A DNA stretch of 45,720 nt from Candidatus Kapaibacterium sp. (GCA_044339945.1 JBIIUN010000001.1:1-45720), one strand, 5' to 3'. Positions 24,595 through 34,200 are shown, counted from the first letter of the stretch. Numbers and translations: made by a program. Notes: generated by a model not told the origin, from the sequence alone.

Positions 24595-24642
24595 CAGAAA
24601 ACAACAATCCCTCTTCGGAGCAACTAAAGGCTCCTCAGAGGG
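24595..24642 (-). terminator. Rho-independent terminator downstream of rplQ
   Basis: The minus strand reads ccctctgaggagc-ctttagtt-gctccgaagaggg (6+5 bp stem with a 2-nt internal loop), followed by attgttgttttctg. Confidence 0.55.
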
Positions 24643-24666
24643 ACTAAGAGAACAAATATGCCGAAA

Positions 24667-25203
24667 TTATTTCGCGGTTTCGGCACTTTCCGTAGAAACC
24701 CCCGCCACGTCGGTCGAATCCACCCACTCAATGATCGCCATGGTCGCCACGTCGCCACGTCGCTCACCCAATCGCAGGATGCGGGCGTAACCACCCGGAC
24801 GGGTCTTGAAGACGGGGGCGATCTTGTCGAACAGGATGTGCACGACATCTTCCTTTTCCTTCCAAGCCAACCGCTTCGCCTTGCCTGGATACTTTTTGGT
24901 GCCCTTGAAGAATGAACGGGCCTGTTGCCGGAGCCTCGCGGCCGCCAGACGGCGACAGTGCACGTTTTCGGCCAAGGCGCTCGCTTTGCCCGAGCCTTCG
25001 GCCGAGCTCGCAGTCTCAACGGCTTGATTACCTCGCTTTCCGAGGGTCACCAATTTCTCGGCAAACGGGCGCAATGCCTTGGCCTTCTCGATGGTCGTGG
25101 TAATCCGCCGGCTCTTGATCAGACTGCAGGCCAAGTTCGCCAAAAGCGCATTCCGATGGGAACTGGTGCGTCCGAGTTTCGCAGATTTCTTAAGATGACG
25201 CAT
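24667..25203 (-). CDS. rplQ: 50S ribosomal protein L17 (long form with an internal insertion)
   Basis: MRHLKKSAKLGRTSSHRNALLANLACSLIKSRRITTTIEKAKALRPFAEKLVTLGK...GGYARILRLGERRGD. It is 178 aa, against ~120-130 aa typically. Confidence 0.9.
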   Translation of the reverse strand: MRHLKKSAKLGRTSSHRNALLANLACSLIKSRRITTTIEKAKALRPFAEKLVTLGKRGNQAVETASSAEGSGKASALAENVHCRRLAAARLRQQARSFFKGTKKYPGKAKRLAWKEKEDVVHILFDKIAPVFKTRPGGYARILRLGERRGDVATMAIIEWVDSTDVAGVSTESAETAK

Positions 25204-25209
25204 AAAATG

Positions 25210-26220
25210 TTACAACTTTCTAGGTTCGGACTGGGGTTCCAGCAAGGCCGAGTCGATGCTCATGCCCAGAGACAGGCCGAGGGAGGAGAGCTTCTCCTTG
25301 ATCTCATTCAACGACTTCTTGCCAAAGTTACGGTATTTCAACATCTCCTGCTCACTCTTCATCGCCAACTGGCCGACCGTCGTGATGTTAGCGTTATTGA
25401 GGCAGTTTGCCGCCCGGACGCTCAGCTCAATCTCGTTGACCGACATGTTGAGCAGCTTCCGCAGTTTCGCCTTCTCGTCGTCAACGGGCTTCTGTTCTTC
25501 CTCAAACTCGATGGCGTTCTTGTCATAGCCCACGAAAACATCCAGATGGTGCTGGAGAATCGCGGAAGCTTGGAGCAAGGCATCGTCCGGGGTCAGCCGG
25601 CCATCGGTCCAGATTTCGAGAATCAGCTTGTCGTAATCCGTGCGTTGGCCAACCCGCGCCGATTCGACCGCATATCGGACCCGGGAAACCGGCGAAAACA
25701 GCGAGTCAATCGCAATCACCCCGATTGCCTGATCCACCTGCTTGTTCTCGTCGCCGGGGCAGAAACCCCGGCCGACCTTGACTTCGAGTTCCATCTCGAA
25801 CTTCCGCTTCCGGTCCAGGGTGCAGATCACTTGGTCGGCGTTGATCAACTCCACGTTCTGGTTCAGCTGAATGTCACCGGCCGTGACCACTCCCTCCTTG
25901 TTGACCGACAACAGGAGGATCTGGGGGTCGCGGCTCGATACCTTGAACCGGATCCGCTTGAGGTTCAGCACGATTTCGGTGACATCCTCCACCACGCCGT
26001 CAACCGCGGCAAACTCGTGCATCGCCCCGTCAACCTTGACCGACGTAATGGCCGCCCCCTCGAGGGAACTGAGCAAGACACGCCTCAGGGAATTCCCGAT
26101 CGTATGCCCGTAACCGGTTTCAAAGGGCTCGGCTACGAATTTTCCGTAGAGTGCATTGGATGAGGCGTCGTCTTTTGAGAGACGTTTCGGCAACTCAAAT
26201 CGTCCAAGTCGAACTGGCAT
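25210..26220 (-). CDS. rpoA: DNA-directed RNA polymerase alpha subunit
   Basis: GHTIGNSLRRVLLSSLEGAAITSVKVDG N-terminal domain. The C-terminal domain reads LNMSVNEIELSVRAANCLNNANITTVGQL. Canonical operon position. Confidence 0.95.
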   Translation of the reverse strand: MPVRLGRFELPKRLSKDDASSNALYGKFVAEPFETGYGHTIGNSLRRVLLSSLEGAAITSVKVDGAMHEFAAVDGVVEDVTEIVLNLKRIRFKVSSRDPQILLLSVNKEGVVTAGDIQLNQNVELINADQVICTLDRKRKFEMELEVKVGRGFCPGDENKQVDQAIGVIAIDSLFSPVSRVRYAVESARVGQRTDYDKLILEIWTDGRLTPDDALLQASAILQHHLDVFVGYDKNAIEFEEEQKPVDDEKAKLRKLLNMSVNEIELSVRAANCLNNANITTVGQLAMKSEQEMLKYRNFGKKSLNEIKEKLSSLGLSLGMSIDSALLEPQSEPRKL

Positions 26221-26289
26221 TTTGGAATCCTATAATTCTCTGTGACAGGCAATTCTGCGTTGCCCGTCACACTTTTTCAATTTGAACGG

Positions 26290-26898
26290 CTATCTCGAAT
26301 AGAACTCGACAACCGATTGCTCATTGGCGACGGAAATGATGTCTTCCTTGGCGGGAAGGCGAACCACCTTTGCCTTCAATTGCTCGCGGTCGACCACAAT
26401 CCAACTGGGGATCGGCCGGCTCGCGGAACCTTCAATTCCCTTGCCCGCCAATTGCTTGGAGCGAACCACCGGCTTCACGCCGATCACCTGGTTGGCCGCC
26501 ACCGCGTAGCTCGCGATATCCACCTTCCGGTCGTTCACGGTAACGTGACCGTGGTTGACCAGCTGGCGGGCCGCTGCCTTGGTGTTGGCAAACCCCGCAA
26601 GATAAACGACATTGTCGAGCCGGGTTTCAAGAATCCGAAGCATCGTTTCCCCGGTGACCCCACGTCCCCGGAGAGCTTTCTTGTAAACATTCCGGAACTG
26701 CTTTTCCTGCAGCCCGTAATAGTAGCGAAGCTTCTGCTTCTCTACCAAACCAACCCCATAGTCGCTTACTTTACGTCGAGACTTAGGGCCATGAACGCCG
26801 GGGGGATAATTCCGCCGCTCCAGATACTTCGACTCGCCGAAGATGGGAACGCCGAACCGCCTGCTGATGCGAACTCTTGGACCGGTATACCTAGCCAT
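26290..26898 (-). CDS. rpsD: 30S ribosomal protein S4
   Basis: MARYTGPRVRISRRFGVPIF..., with an S4 RNA-binding domain; operon position. Confidence 0.95.
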   Translation of the reverse strand: MARYTGPRVRISRRFGVPIFGESKYLERRNYPPGVHGPKSRRKVSDYGVGLVEKQKLRYYYGLQEKQFRNVYKKALRGRGVTGETMLRILETRLDNVVYLAGFANTKAAARQLVNHGHVTVNDRKVDIASYAVAANQVIGVKPVVRSKQLAGKGIEGSASRPIPSWIVVDREQLKAKVVRLPAKEDIISVANEQSVVEFYSR

Positions 26899-26910
26899 AG
26901 GAAATTATTT

Positions 26911-27459
26911 CTAAACCCGACGTTTCTTGCGAGGACGGCAACCATTGTGAGGAACCGGCGTCACGTCCTTGATCAAGGACAATTCCAAGCCGATCGCCTG
27001 CAGCGCACGAATGGCCGATTCCCGGCCCGACCCAGGGCCGTTGACATGAATTTCAACCTCGCGCACCCCGTGGGCCATCGCTTGGCGGGCCGCATCCTGC
27101 GCGGCCTGTTGGGCGGCAAAAGCCGTGCTCTTTCTGGAGCCCTTGAAGCCTACGCGCCCCGCCGAACTCCAACCCAGCGTGTTGCCGCTGAAGTCGGTGA
27201 TCGTGACCAAGGTATTGTTGAAGGTTGCCACCACATGGGCAACACCGTGAGCAATGTTCTTGGCGCCCTTGACCTTGACGATCTTGATTGCTTTTGGATC
27301 GTCCCCGAGCAACTCGGCCGCGGTAGGGGCCGCGACGACGGGCATGAGCGGCGCGGGCGCCGCACCTTCCGCCACCGGTGCCTTCGTGCGTTCTTCGGTC
27401 GCACCGTTTGCCTTGGGCGTTTCAATTGTATCAGCCATATCTTTATCCTCAGTCGACAA
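26911..27459 (-). CDS. rpsK: 30S ribosomal protein S11 with an N-terminal extension of ~50 aa
   Basis: The core [35 protein letters not shown]...[16 protein letters not shown] is preceded by an acidic, Ala/Pro-rich leader. Confidence 0.9.
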   Translation of the reverse strand: MSTEDKDMADTIETPKANGATEERTKAPVAEGAAPAPLMPVVAAPTAAELLGDDPKAIKIVKVKGAKNIAHGVAHVVATFNNTLVTITDFSGNTLGWSSAGRVGFKGSRKSTAFAAQQAAQDAARQAMAHGVREVEIHVNGPGSGRESAIRALQAIGLELSLIKDVTPVPHNGCRPRKKRRV

Positions 27460-27461
27460 AA

Positions 27462-27857
27462 TCAGTGGACGCCGGTCTTCGCATTAGGATTGCGCTGCAC
27501 CCCGACGGTGCGACGGGGCCCTTTGCGCGTGCGTGAATTGGTTTGGGTCCGTTGGCCCCTGACCGGCAGGCCGCGCTGATGCCGATTGCCCCGGAACGAC
27601 TTGATCGCCTGCAACCGCTTCAGGTTGATGCCTATTTCCCGGCGAAGATCACCCTCAACCACGTAGCCGCCGGACTGGACCGCGGATACGATCTGGGAAA
27701 TCTGCTGCTCGGAAAGATCCTTGGCCCTCACCGCCGGATCCACCTTGGCAACTTTGAGGATTTCAATCGCGTTCACGGGTCCGATCCCGTAAATGTAACG
27801 AAGGGAAATATCAACCCGCTTGTGGGCCGGAATGTCGACTCCTAGAATTCTTGGCAT
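27462..27857 (-). CDS. rpsM: 30S ribosomal protein S13
   Basis: [26 protein letters not shown] from ATG 27857. Tracked ORF ..27923 is over-extended. Confidence 0.92.
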   Translation of the reverse strand: MPRILGVDIPAHKRVDISLRYIYGIGPVNAIEILKVAKVDPAVRAKDLSEQQISQIVSAVQSGGYVVEGDLRREIGINLKRLQAIKSFRGNRHQRGLPVRGQRTQTNSRTRKGPRRTVGVQRNPNAKTGVH

Positions 27858-27870
27858 AACTGGGGGGCTA

Positions 27871-27984
27871 CTAGCCTTGGCGCTGTTTGTGACGCGAATT
27901 CGTGCAGATGACCCGGAGGACACCCACGCGTTTTACGATTTTGCAATTCTCACAAAGTTTTTTCACCGATGCTCTGACTTTCAT
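27871..27984 (-). CDS. rpmJ: 50S ribosomal protein L36 (not in the ORF track, 37 aa)
   Basis: The minus strand atgaaagtcagagcatcggtgaaaaaactttgtgagaattgcaaaatcgta... translates to [37 protein letters not shown]. It sits in the canonical position between map and rpsM. Confidence 0.9.
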   Translation of the reverse strand: MKVRASVKKLCENCKIVKRVGVLRVICTNSRHKQRQG

Positions 27985-27992
27985 ATCACCGT

Positions 27993-28718
27993 TTAGTATA
28001 AAGCTAGCCCGTCAACAGTTAATATCTCGGCCCCCTTTTCGAGGACGAGAACAGTATGTTCAAAATGAGCGGACATTGAGCGATCCCTGGTCACCACGGT
28101 CCAGTTATCGTCCAATATTTCCACCGCCGACCCACCCGAATTGACCATCGGCTCAATTGCGATCGTCATTCCGGCGGCCAACCTGCCACCCGCACCCGGT
28201 GCCACGTGATTCGGTATCTGGGGATCCTCATGCAGCGTCTTCCCGACGCCATGTCCCACAAACTCCCTCACCACGCTGAATCCGGCTTCCTCGACGATGG
28301 TTTGGATCGCGCCCGACAATTTGATAATCGGGACACCCGCCTTCACCTTGGAAATTCCAGCGTGTAATGCTTTTGTCGTCGTGTCCAGCAATTTCTGCGT
28401 GCCCATCGAACACACGCCCACCGGGACGCTCATCGCCACATCCCCGATGAACCCATCGCAGATGACTCCAATGTCAATCTTCACCACGTCGCCAAATTGC
28501 ACCCGCCGACGGCCGCCAACCCCGTGGATTACCTGTTCATTAACCGATATGCACGCAAACCCGGGAAATCCCCGATAGCCCTTGAACGCACTGGCCGCCC
28601 CGCAATCGCTGATGGTTTTGCCAATGAACACGTCGAGTTCCGCGGTGGTCATGCCCGGCGCCACAAACCCGGCGGCTGCCCGCAGAACCCTTGCGGCGAT
28701 CTTTCCGGACTGCCGCAT
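27993..28718 (-). CDS. map: Type I methionine aminopeptidase (coordinates from the first ATG; the coding region almost certainly extends upstream to 28790 or less)
   Basis: Metal-ligand blocks are present ([52 protein letters not shown]). In-frame upstream residues ...GIKTKRLQSIKSPDEIER(M) match the conserved MAP N-terminus, but no ATG, GTG or TTG lies in that stretch. Confidence 0.9.
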   Translation of the reverse strand: MRQSGKIAARVLRAAAGFVAPGMTTAELDVFIGKTISDCGAASAFKGYRGFPGFACISVNEQVIHGVGGRRRVQFGDVVKIDIGVICDGFIGDVAMSVPVGVCSMGTQKLLDTTTKALHAGISKVKAGVPIIKLSGAIQTIVEEAGFSVVREFVGHGVGKTLHEDPQIPNHVAPGAGGRLAAGMTIAIEPMVNSGGSAVEILDDNWTVVTRDRSMSAHFEHTVLVLEKGAEILTVDGLALY

Positions 28719-28789
28719 CCGTTCGATCTCATCCGGCGATTTGATCGACTGTAAACGTTTGGTTTTGATACCCGGCTGAGCGTTGGGGA

Positions 28790-30166
28790 TTACCGTCCCT
28801 TAACCTTCCCCTTCTTCAGGAATCCGTCATAGTGGCGCATCAGCAGATAGGACTCCATCTGTCGCATGGTATCCAGCAGCACACCAACCGTGATCAACAT
28901 TGACGTTCCGCCAAAGAATTGCGCCACGTTCGGGTCGATCTTGACCAGATTCGTAAGGACGGTAGGCAATATCGCGATGCCAACCAGGAACACGCCGCCT
29001 GCGAGCGTGATCTTGCCCATCGCCGCGTGCAGGAAATCGCTCGTGGCTACGCCTGGACGAACCCCGGGAATATAACCCCCATACTTCTTAAGGTCATCGG
29101 CCACCTGCAACTCGTTGAACTGTGTGGCTACCCAGAAATACGAGAAGAACAGGATCATCGCCGCTTCCAGCGTGAGATGCAGGAAACTTCCCGGCAGCAA
29201 CGCCCTCGCCATGGTCGTGAAGACCGTGACGGACGTGTAGCTGGATGCCAGCTTCTCAAGAATCAGGGAAGGAAACATGAGAATGGCCTGCGCAAATATG
29301 ACCGGCATCACCCCGGAATAGTTGATCCTTAACGGGAGAAACGATGTTGACCCTGAGTAGACGGCACGCCCGATGGCCCTCTGCGCATATTGCACCGGTA
29401 TCCTGCGCTGCCCTTGAGTTATCGCCACGACCGCAGCTACCACCACAAACAGCAGGCCAATCAACAGCACCCCGTGGGTCCAATTGGCGGTCTTTTGGAT
29501 GAAAAATTGCGAAAAGAGCGCTTGGAGGGCACTAGGAAGGCGGGCGAGAATGCCAATGGTAATGACCAGTGAGACGCCATTCCCAATTCCCCGCTCCGTG
29601 ATTTGCTCACCCAACCACATGAGCAACATTGTTCCCGCGGTCAGCACGATCACCGTCTGCAACCGGTAGGTCCAGAGCGACTCGACCAAAACCAGCTTTC
29701 CACTGAAGCCCTGAAAGGCCTTTTCGGGATTCTCCCAGCCCAATGCCAGCGCGAAACCCTGCCCAATACAAAGCAGCACGGTGAGATATCGGCCATAGGC
29801 TACCAGCTTGGCTCGTCCACCTTCTTCCCGCGCAATCTTGTTAAGCCCCGGGATAATGGCGGACAGCAGCTGCAGGATGATCGTGGCACTGATGTAGGGC
29901 ATGATGCCCAAGGCACCGACCGCACACTGTTCGAGCGCGCCGCCCGTGAAGAGACTGTAGATTCCCATCACGGAGTTTCCGCCCGAACCGCTTTTGGCGA
30001 TTTGCGAAAAATGCTCCGCCAAAAGGTGTCCATCGAGTCCCGGGATGGGCGTCACCGCAATCAGCCGGCAAACTAGCAAAACCAAGGCCGTAAACAAGAT
30101 CCGGGAACGAAGCTCCGGAATCTTCAGGCAGTTGGCAAACGGATTGACGATTTGAGCGAGCATCAC
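28790..30166 (-). CDS. secY: Preprotein translocase subunit SecY
   Basis: A 458-aa, 10-TM protein. It starts ...LKIPELRSRILFTALVLLVCRLIAVTPIPG and contains GIMPYISATIILQLL. Operon position is after rplO. Confidence 0.95.
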   Translation of the reverse strand: MMLAQIVNPFANCLKIPELRSRILFTALVLLVCRLIAVTPIPGLDGHLLAEHFSQIAKSGSGGNSVMGIYSLFTGGALEQCAVGALGIMPYISATIILQLLSAIIPGLNKIAREEGGRAKLVAYGRYLTVLLCIGQGFALALGWENPEKAFQGFSGKLVLVESLWTYRLQTVIVLTAGTMLLMWLGEQITERGIGNGVSLVITIGILARLPSALQALFSQFFIQKTANWTHGVLLIGLLFVVVAAVVAITQGQRRIPVQYAQRAIGRAVYSGSTSFLPLRINYSGVMPVIFAQAILMFPSLILEKLASSYTSVTVFTTMARALLPGSFLHLTLEAAMILFFSYFWVATQFNELQVADDLKKYGGYIPGVRPGVATSDFLHAAMGKITLAGGVFLVGIAILPTVLTNLVKIDPNVAQFFGGTSMLITVGVLLDTMRQMESYLLMRHYDGFLKKGKVKGR

Positions 30167-30174
30167 TTCCAGGG

Positions 30175-30624
30175 CTAGGCTGCAACAGTGCTCGCGGAAC
30201 CGCCCACCGATTCAATCGCGCCTTTGGCGGCGTCGCTGAAGGCATCCGCGACAACGATCAGTTTCTTCGACAGTTTGCCCCGCGCCAGAATCTTGATCCG
30301 CTTCGTGTTGGCCCTGATCAGGCCGGCAGAGACCAACAGCTCTCGGTTCACCACCGATCCTTCCGGGAATTCTTCCAACGTATCCAGATTGATCGGCAAA
30401 TACTCGATCCTGAACCGCTTGTTGTTGAAACCACGCTTGGGCAAGCGCCGGATCAACGGCATTTGACCGCCTTCGAATCCGATGCGGATTGAGCTGCCGG
30501 AGCGGGCCGATTGCCCCTTGCCACCGCGTCCTGAGGTTTTGCCTCGCCCGCTGGACTCCCCGGAGCCAAGTCGCTTCTTCCTGTGTTTGGCCCCTAAGTT
30601 TGGCTTAAGATTTGATAGCTTCAT
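30175..30624 (-). CDS. rplO: 50S ribosomal protein L15
   Basis: MKLSNLKPNLGAKHRKKRLGSGESSGRGKTSGRGGKGQ from ATG 30624. The tracked ORF is over-extended. Confidence 0.92.
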   Translation of the reverse strand: MKLSNLKPNLGAKHRKKRLGSGESSGRGKTSGRGGKGQSARSGSSIRIGFEGGQMPLIRRLPKRGFNNKRFRIEYLPINLDTLEEFPEGSVVNRELLVSAGLIRANTKRIKILARGKLSKKLIVVADAFSDAAKGAIESVGGSASTVAA

Positions 30625-30638
30625 GTGAGGGTGCGGCT

Positions 30639-31256
30639 CTATTTGATTCCCCGAGCCTGAAAAATCTCGTCGCGCCGCCGGAGTTTCCGGAGTGCCTGCA
30701 GCGTCGCTTTCGCGACATTTGCGGGATTCTTGGATCCCAATGACTTGGAAAGGACGTCGCGGACACCGGCAGACTCCACGACGGAACGGACGACCTTGCC
30801 GCAAATCAGGCCGGTTCCAGGGCTGGCCGGCTTCAGCAAGATTTTCGCCCCGTCATATTCCGACATGACTTCATGGGGGATGGTTGTCTTTTCGAGTGAA
30901 ACCTTCAGCATGCGCGCCTTGGCGTTTTCGCCACCCTTCCGGATTGCGTCGCTCACCTCGTTGCCCTTGCCCAGGCCAAGACCGATGCGGCCGCCCTTGT
31001 CACCCACGACAATGAGGGCGCTAAAGCTGAAACGGCGTCCGCCCTTGACTACCTTTGATGACCGATTGATGAACACGGTCTTCTCGACCATGCCGTCGTT
31101 CTTGTCATCAAATGAGTCCCGTTGATCCCGGCGTCGCCCACCCGGACGGCCACCACGGCTATCGTTCCGGCCAAAGCGACCCGAAGGTCGCTCCGCGGGG
31201 GGATTGTTCGGGACGCTAGCTTCTGCTCCCGATGGAGCTGCTTTTTCATCTGCCAC
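30639..31256 (-). CDS. rpsE: 30S ribosomal protein S5 with an Arg/Gly-rich N-terminal extension
   Basis: GTG at 31256 is preceded by aaaggagatccaaact (AAGGAG Shine-Dalgarno). The core reads VVKGGRRFSFSALIVVGDKGGRIGLGLGKGNEV. Confidence 0.9.
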   Translation of the reverse strand: MADEKAAPSGAEASVPNNPPAERPSGRFGRNDSRGGRPGGRRRDQRDSFDDKNDGMVEKTVFINRSSKVVKGGRRFSFSALIVVGDKGGRIGLGLGKGNEVSDAIRKGGENAKARMLKVSLEKTTIPHEVMSEYDGAKILLKPASPGTGLICGKVVRSVVESAGVRDVLSKSLGSKNPANVAKATLQALRKLRRRDEIFQARGIK

Positions 31257-31270
31257 AGTTTGGATCTCCT

Positions 31271-31633
31271 TTAAAATTTTAGTCCCGCGCCACGGGCCGC
31301 CTCTGCCAACGCCCGAACCTTGCCGTGATAACGTGCGCCGCCTTTGTCGAAGAGCACGTCGCTCAATCCCTTGCTTTTGGCGGCTTCGGCCGCCAAACGG
31401 CCGATGATCTCGGCGTTGCGTGCGTTCGCCCCGCATTTCGTGATGCCCGCCGCCTTGTCCCGCGAACCAACGGCCGCCAAGGTCTTTCCGACCGTGTCGT
31501 CGATGAACTGGACGTAGATGTGCTGGCCTGAAAACTTCACGCTCATCCTGGGGCGAGCCGCGGTTCCGGAAATCTTTTGACGGACCCGGGCACGTCGTCC
31601 TTGTGCCAGGAGCTGCTTCTTGTGGGGAGTCAT
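31271..31633 (-). CDS. rplR: 50S ribosomal protein L18
   Basis: RPRMSVKFSGQHIYVQFIDD...YHGKVRALAEAARGAGLKF; operon position. Confidence 0.92.
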   Translation of the reverse strand: MTPHKKQLLAQGRRARVRQKISGTAARPRMSVKFSGQHIYVQFIDDTVGKTLAAVGSRDKAAGITKCGANARNAEIIGRLAAEAAKSKGLSDVLFDKGGARYHGKVRALAEAARGAGLKF

Positions 31634-31651
31634 TGTGATCCTTAGCGTTGA

Positions 31652-32188
31652 CTACTGAACTGTTTTGCCTTCCTTGCGCTTGACCTTCTCATCCGAGTAG
31701 CGGACACCCTTGCCCTTGTAAGGCTCAGGCGGATAATAGCTCCGCAACTCGGCTGCCACCCGGCCGACCGCTTCCTTGCTTGGTCCGTCGACCGTCAGCT
31801 TGGTGTTTTCCTCAACCACAACTTTCACTCCGACAGGCAGCGCGTAGGTGATTGGATGGCTGTATCCGAGCGTCAGATTGACATTGTTACCGCTCACCGC
31901 CGCCTTGAAGCCAACGCCTTGGATTTCCAACTTCTTCTGGAACCCAACGGACACGCCAGTCACCATGTTGTTGATGAGTGCCCGCGCCAAACCATGCATC
32001 GACCTCGCCTCCGCCGTCTCGGTTGCCCGGGACACCGAGATAAGATTTCCCTCACATTTCGCGGCTGTTAACGGGGGTAAAGTCAAAGACAGCTTCCCCT
32101 TGGGGCCATCCGCGGAAACGGTGTTCCCGGATACGCTGACTTTAACTTTTTCCGGAATGGTCACCGGCTGCTTTCCAACTCTTGACAT
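31652..32188 (-). CDS. rplF: 50S ribosomal protein L6
   Basis: MSRVGKQPVTIPEKVKVSV...GYSHPITYALP... Confidence 0.93.
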   Translation of the reverse strand: MSRVGKQPVTIPEKVKVSVSGNTVSADGPKGKLSLTLPPLTAAKCEGNLISVSRATETAEARSMHGLARALINNMVTGVSVGFQKKLEIQGVGFKAAVSGNNVNLTLGYSHPITYALPVGVKVVVEENTKLTVDGPSKEAVGRVAAELRSYYPPEPYKGKGVRYSDEKVKRKEGKTVQ

Positions 32189-32196
32189 AAATATCC

Positions 32197-32583
32197 TTAC
32201 CAGACGATGCAGAGAAGTTCGCCTCCGTGACGTGCACGGTAGGCCTCGGTTCCTGTCATCACTCCCCGAGGAGTCGACACAACCGAAACACCCATTCCGC
32301 CAAGAACCCGGGGAATGGAGTCTGCCCCGACATAACGCCGGAGCCCCGGGGTGCTGACCTGCTTGATCTTGGTGATGACGCTCGTTTTGCCGGCGTATTT
32401 CAACGTGATCGTCAGAGTCTTTACCTTGTCACCGGCAACCTTGATATCCGTGAGATAACCTTCCTTCAGCAAAGTCGTGGCGATCGCCTCCTTGAGCTTG
32501 GAGTGCGGCACTACGACCGTCGGCAGGAGCGCACTAGCACCATTGCGGATGGTCGTTAGCAATTCAGAAACGGGATCATGCAT
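32197..32583 (-). CDS. rpsH: 30S ribosomal protein S8
   Basis: MHDPVSELLTTIRNG...GGELLCIVW. Confidence 0.93.
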   Translation of the reverse strand: MHDPVSELLTTIRNGASALLPTVVVPHSKLKEAIATTLLKEGYLTDIKVAGDKVKTLTITLKYAGKTSVITKIKQVSTPGLRRYVGADSIPRVLGGMGVSVVSTPRGVMTGTEAYRARHGGELLCIVW

Positions 32584-32597
32584 AAATTTGACAACTC

Positions 32598-32867
32598 CTA
32601 CCAGCTCGCCTTGATCACGCCCGGAATCAGACCGGCCATCGCTGCTTCCCTGAAGGTCAGCCGGGAGACCCCATACTTCCGGATGAATCCCCGCCGCCGT
32701 CCACTGAGGCTGCAGCGGTTTACCAGCCGGACGGGACTGGCATTCTTGGGGAGCTTGGCCAAGCCGACATAGTCGCCCTTCGCCTTGAGCTCGGCGCGCC
32801 GGGCCGCAAACTTCTCGACGACGGCTTGGCGCTTCTTGTTTCTCTCTAACCAGGATTTTTTTGCCAT
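32598..32867 (-). CDS. rpsN: 30S ribosomal protein S14 (long form, no zinc-Cys cluster)
   Basis: MAKKSWLERNKKRQ...RNRCSLSGRRRGFIRKYGVSRLTFRE...IPGVIKASW. Confidence 0.92.
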   Translation of the reverse strand: MAKKSWLERNKKRQAVVEKFAARRAELKAKGDYVGLAKLPKNASPVRLVNRCSLSGRRRGFIRKYGVSRLTFREAAMAGLIPGVIKASW

Positions 32868-32878
32868 ATGGGGTGCGG

Positions 32879-33418
32879 TTACTTGGCGAACGGGAGGCCC
32901 AACGCTTTCAGAAGCATCAGCGCCCCCTCATTGTTCCGGGCCGAAGTCACGATGGTAACATCCAAACCCTGCTGTCGCTTGATCTTTTCTAGTTCGATTT
33001 CCGGAAAGATCGACTGGTCCGGGAACCCGATGGAATAGGCTCCCTTTCCGTCAAACTTGCGTGGCGAAATTCCGCGGAAATCGCGGATTCGTGGCAATGA
33101 ACAGGTGATCAGCCGGTCCAAGAACTCATACATGCGCTCACGCCGTAGCGTAACCTTGCAACCGACCGGCATTCCCTTGCGCAGCTTGAAATTCGCGATG
33201 CTCTGGCGAGCCTTCGTCACTACCGGTTTCTGGCCGGAAATTGCGGCCATTTCCTTGACGGCTTCCTCGATGGCCCCTTTCTCCGCATCCGACCGGACGC
33301 CCATGTTCAACGTGATCTTCAGCAGACGCGGCACTTCATGCCGGTTCTTTGCCCCACCTTCCTTTAGCAGGAGCGGAATGATCTCGTTCTGATACTTCGT
33401 ATAAAGTCTTGGCTTCAT
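32879..33418 (-). CDS. rplE: 50S ribosomal protein L5
   Basis: PRLLKITLNMGV...GMPVGCKVTLRRERMYEFLDRLI...RDFRG. Confidence 0.93.
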   Translation of the reverse strand: MKPRLYTKYQNEIIPLLLKEGGAKNRHEVPRLLKITLNMGVRSDAEKGAIEEAVKEMAAISGQKPVVTKARQSIANFKLRKGMPVGCKVTLRRERMYEFLDRLITCSLPRIRDFRGISPRKFDGKGAYSIGFPDQSIFPEIELEKIKRQQGLDVTIVTSARNNEGALMLLKALGLPFAK

Positions 33419-33449
33419 CTTTTTCCTCTACGGCGAAATTGCTGCTGAC

Positions 33450-33812
33450 TCAGGCGCGACGGCGTTCGTATTCCGTCACCTTCATCACATTCGAGATGTG
33501 GACGGGGCCTTCCAGCCACAACAGCGCACCATTGGGATTCTGCTGGTTCTTTTTGATGTGATGCAGCATCGGCTTAACGAGCCGGAACTTGTCGAGCTCA
33601 TGGGTCCCGACCCCCTGCTCCTTTAGCTTTTGGGTCCCGGAATCGGTTCCCTTGGCGCGGTCGTCGATTCCCTCCAAGTAAACGACGAGTTTCTTCCGGT
33701 TCACCTTGGTTATCTTTGCTCGGCGCCCTTTGGCTCCGCCCGAGATGACCACGACCTCATCACCGGTCCTGACATGGAAAGTCTTTTGCAACGTCTTCAA
33801 CATAACAATCAA
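33450..33812 (-). CDS. rplX: 50S ribosomal protein L24
   Basis: HVRTGDEVVVISGGAKGRRAKITKV KOW motif; operon position. Confidence 0.9.
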   Translation of the reverse strand: MIVMLKTLQKTFHVRTGDEVVVISGGAKGRRAKITKVNRKKLVVYLEGIDDRAKGTDSGTQKLKEQGVGTHELDKFRLVKPMLHHIKKNQQNPNGALLWLEGPVHISNVMKVTEYERRRA

Positions 33813-33813
33813 A

Positions 33814-34179
33814 TTACAGGACCTCTGGCGCCAAGGAGATGATTTTCATGAACTTCTTCTCGCGTAGTTCACGAGCGACCGGGCCGAAGATGCGGGTCCC
33901 TTTGGGATTGTGTTCCTTGTCGATGATCACGCAGGCGTTACGATCGAAGCGAAGGAACGAACCGTCGGCCCGGCGGATTGCCCGCTTGGTGCGGACGACC
34001 ACCGCAGTTTGGACCTCGCCCTTTTTGACGGTTCCATCCGGGGCGGCCTCTTTGACGTGAACCTTGATCACGTCGCCGATTCCGGCATACCGCTGGTTTC
34101 GCCCGATAACACCGATGGCCCAGACAACCTTGGCACCGGTATTGTCCGCAACATCCAGACTGGATCTAATCTGTAGCAT
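33814..34179 (-). CDS. rplN: 50S ribosomal protein L14
   Basis: [17 protein letters not shown]...[25 protein letters not shown]. Confidence 0.95.
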   Translation of the reverse strand: MLQIRSSLDVADNTGAKVVWAIGVIGRNQRYAGIGDVIKVHVKEAAPDGTVKKGEVQTAVVVRTKRAIRRADGSFLRFDRNACVIIDKEHNPKGTRIFGPVARELREKKFMKIISLAPEVL

Positions 34180-34200
34180 GGCTTGAAGTTGGTTTGTGGT

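Noticed and set aside
24925-27579. Two long antisense ORFs (412 and 445 aa) spanning rplQ-rpoA and rpsD-rpsK-rpsM, even though this region is only moderately GC-rich.
   Set aside because: They cross several gene boundaries, have no recognisable domains, and lie opposite universally conserved genes. The effect is consistent with codon-bias (RNY) suppression of antisense stops. It was flagged only as a curiosity.
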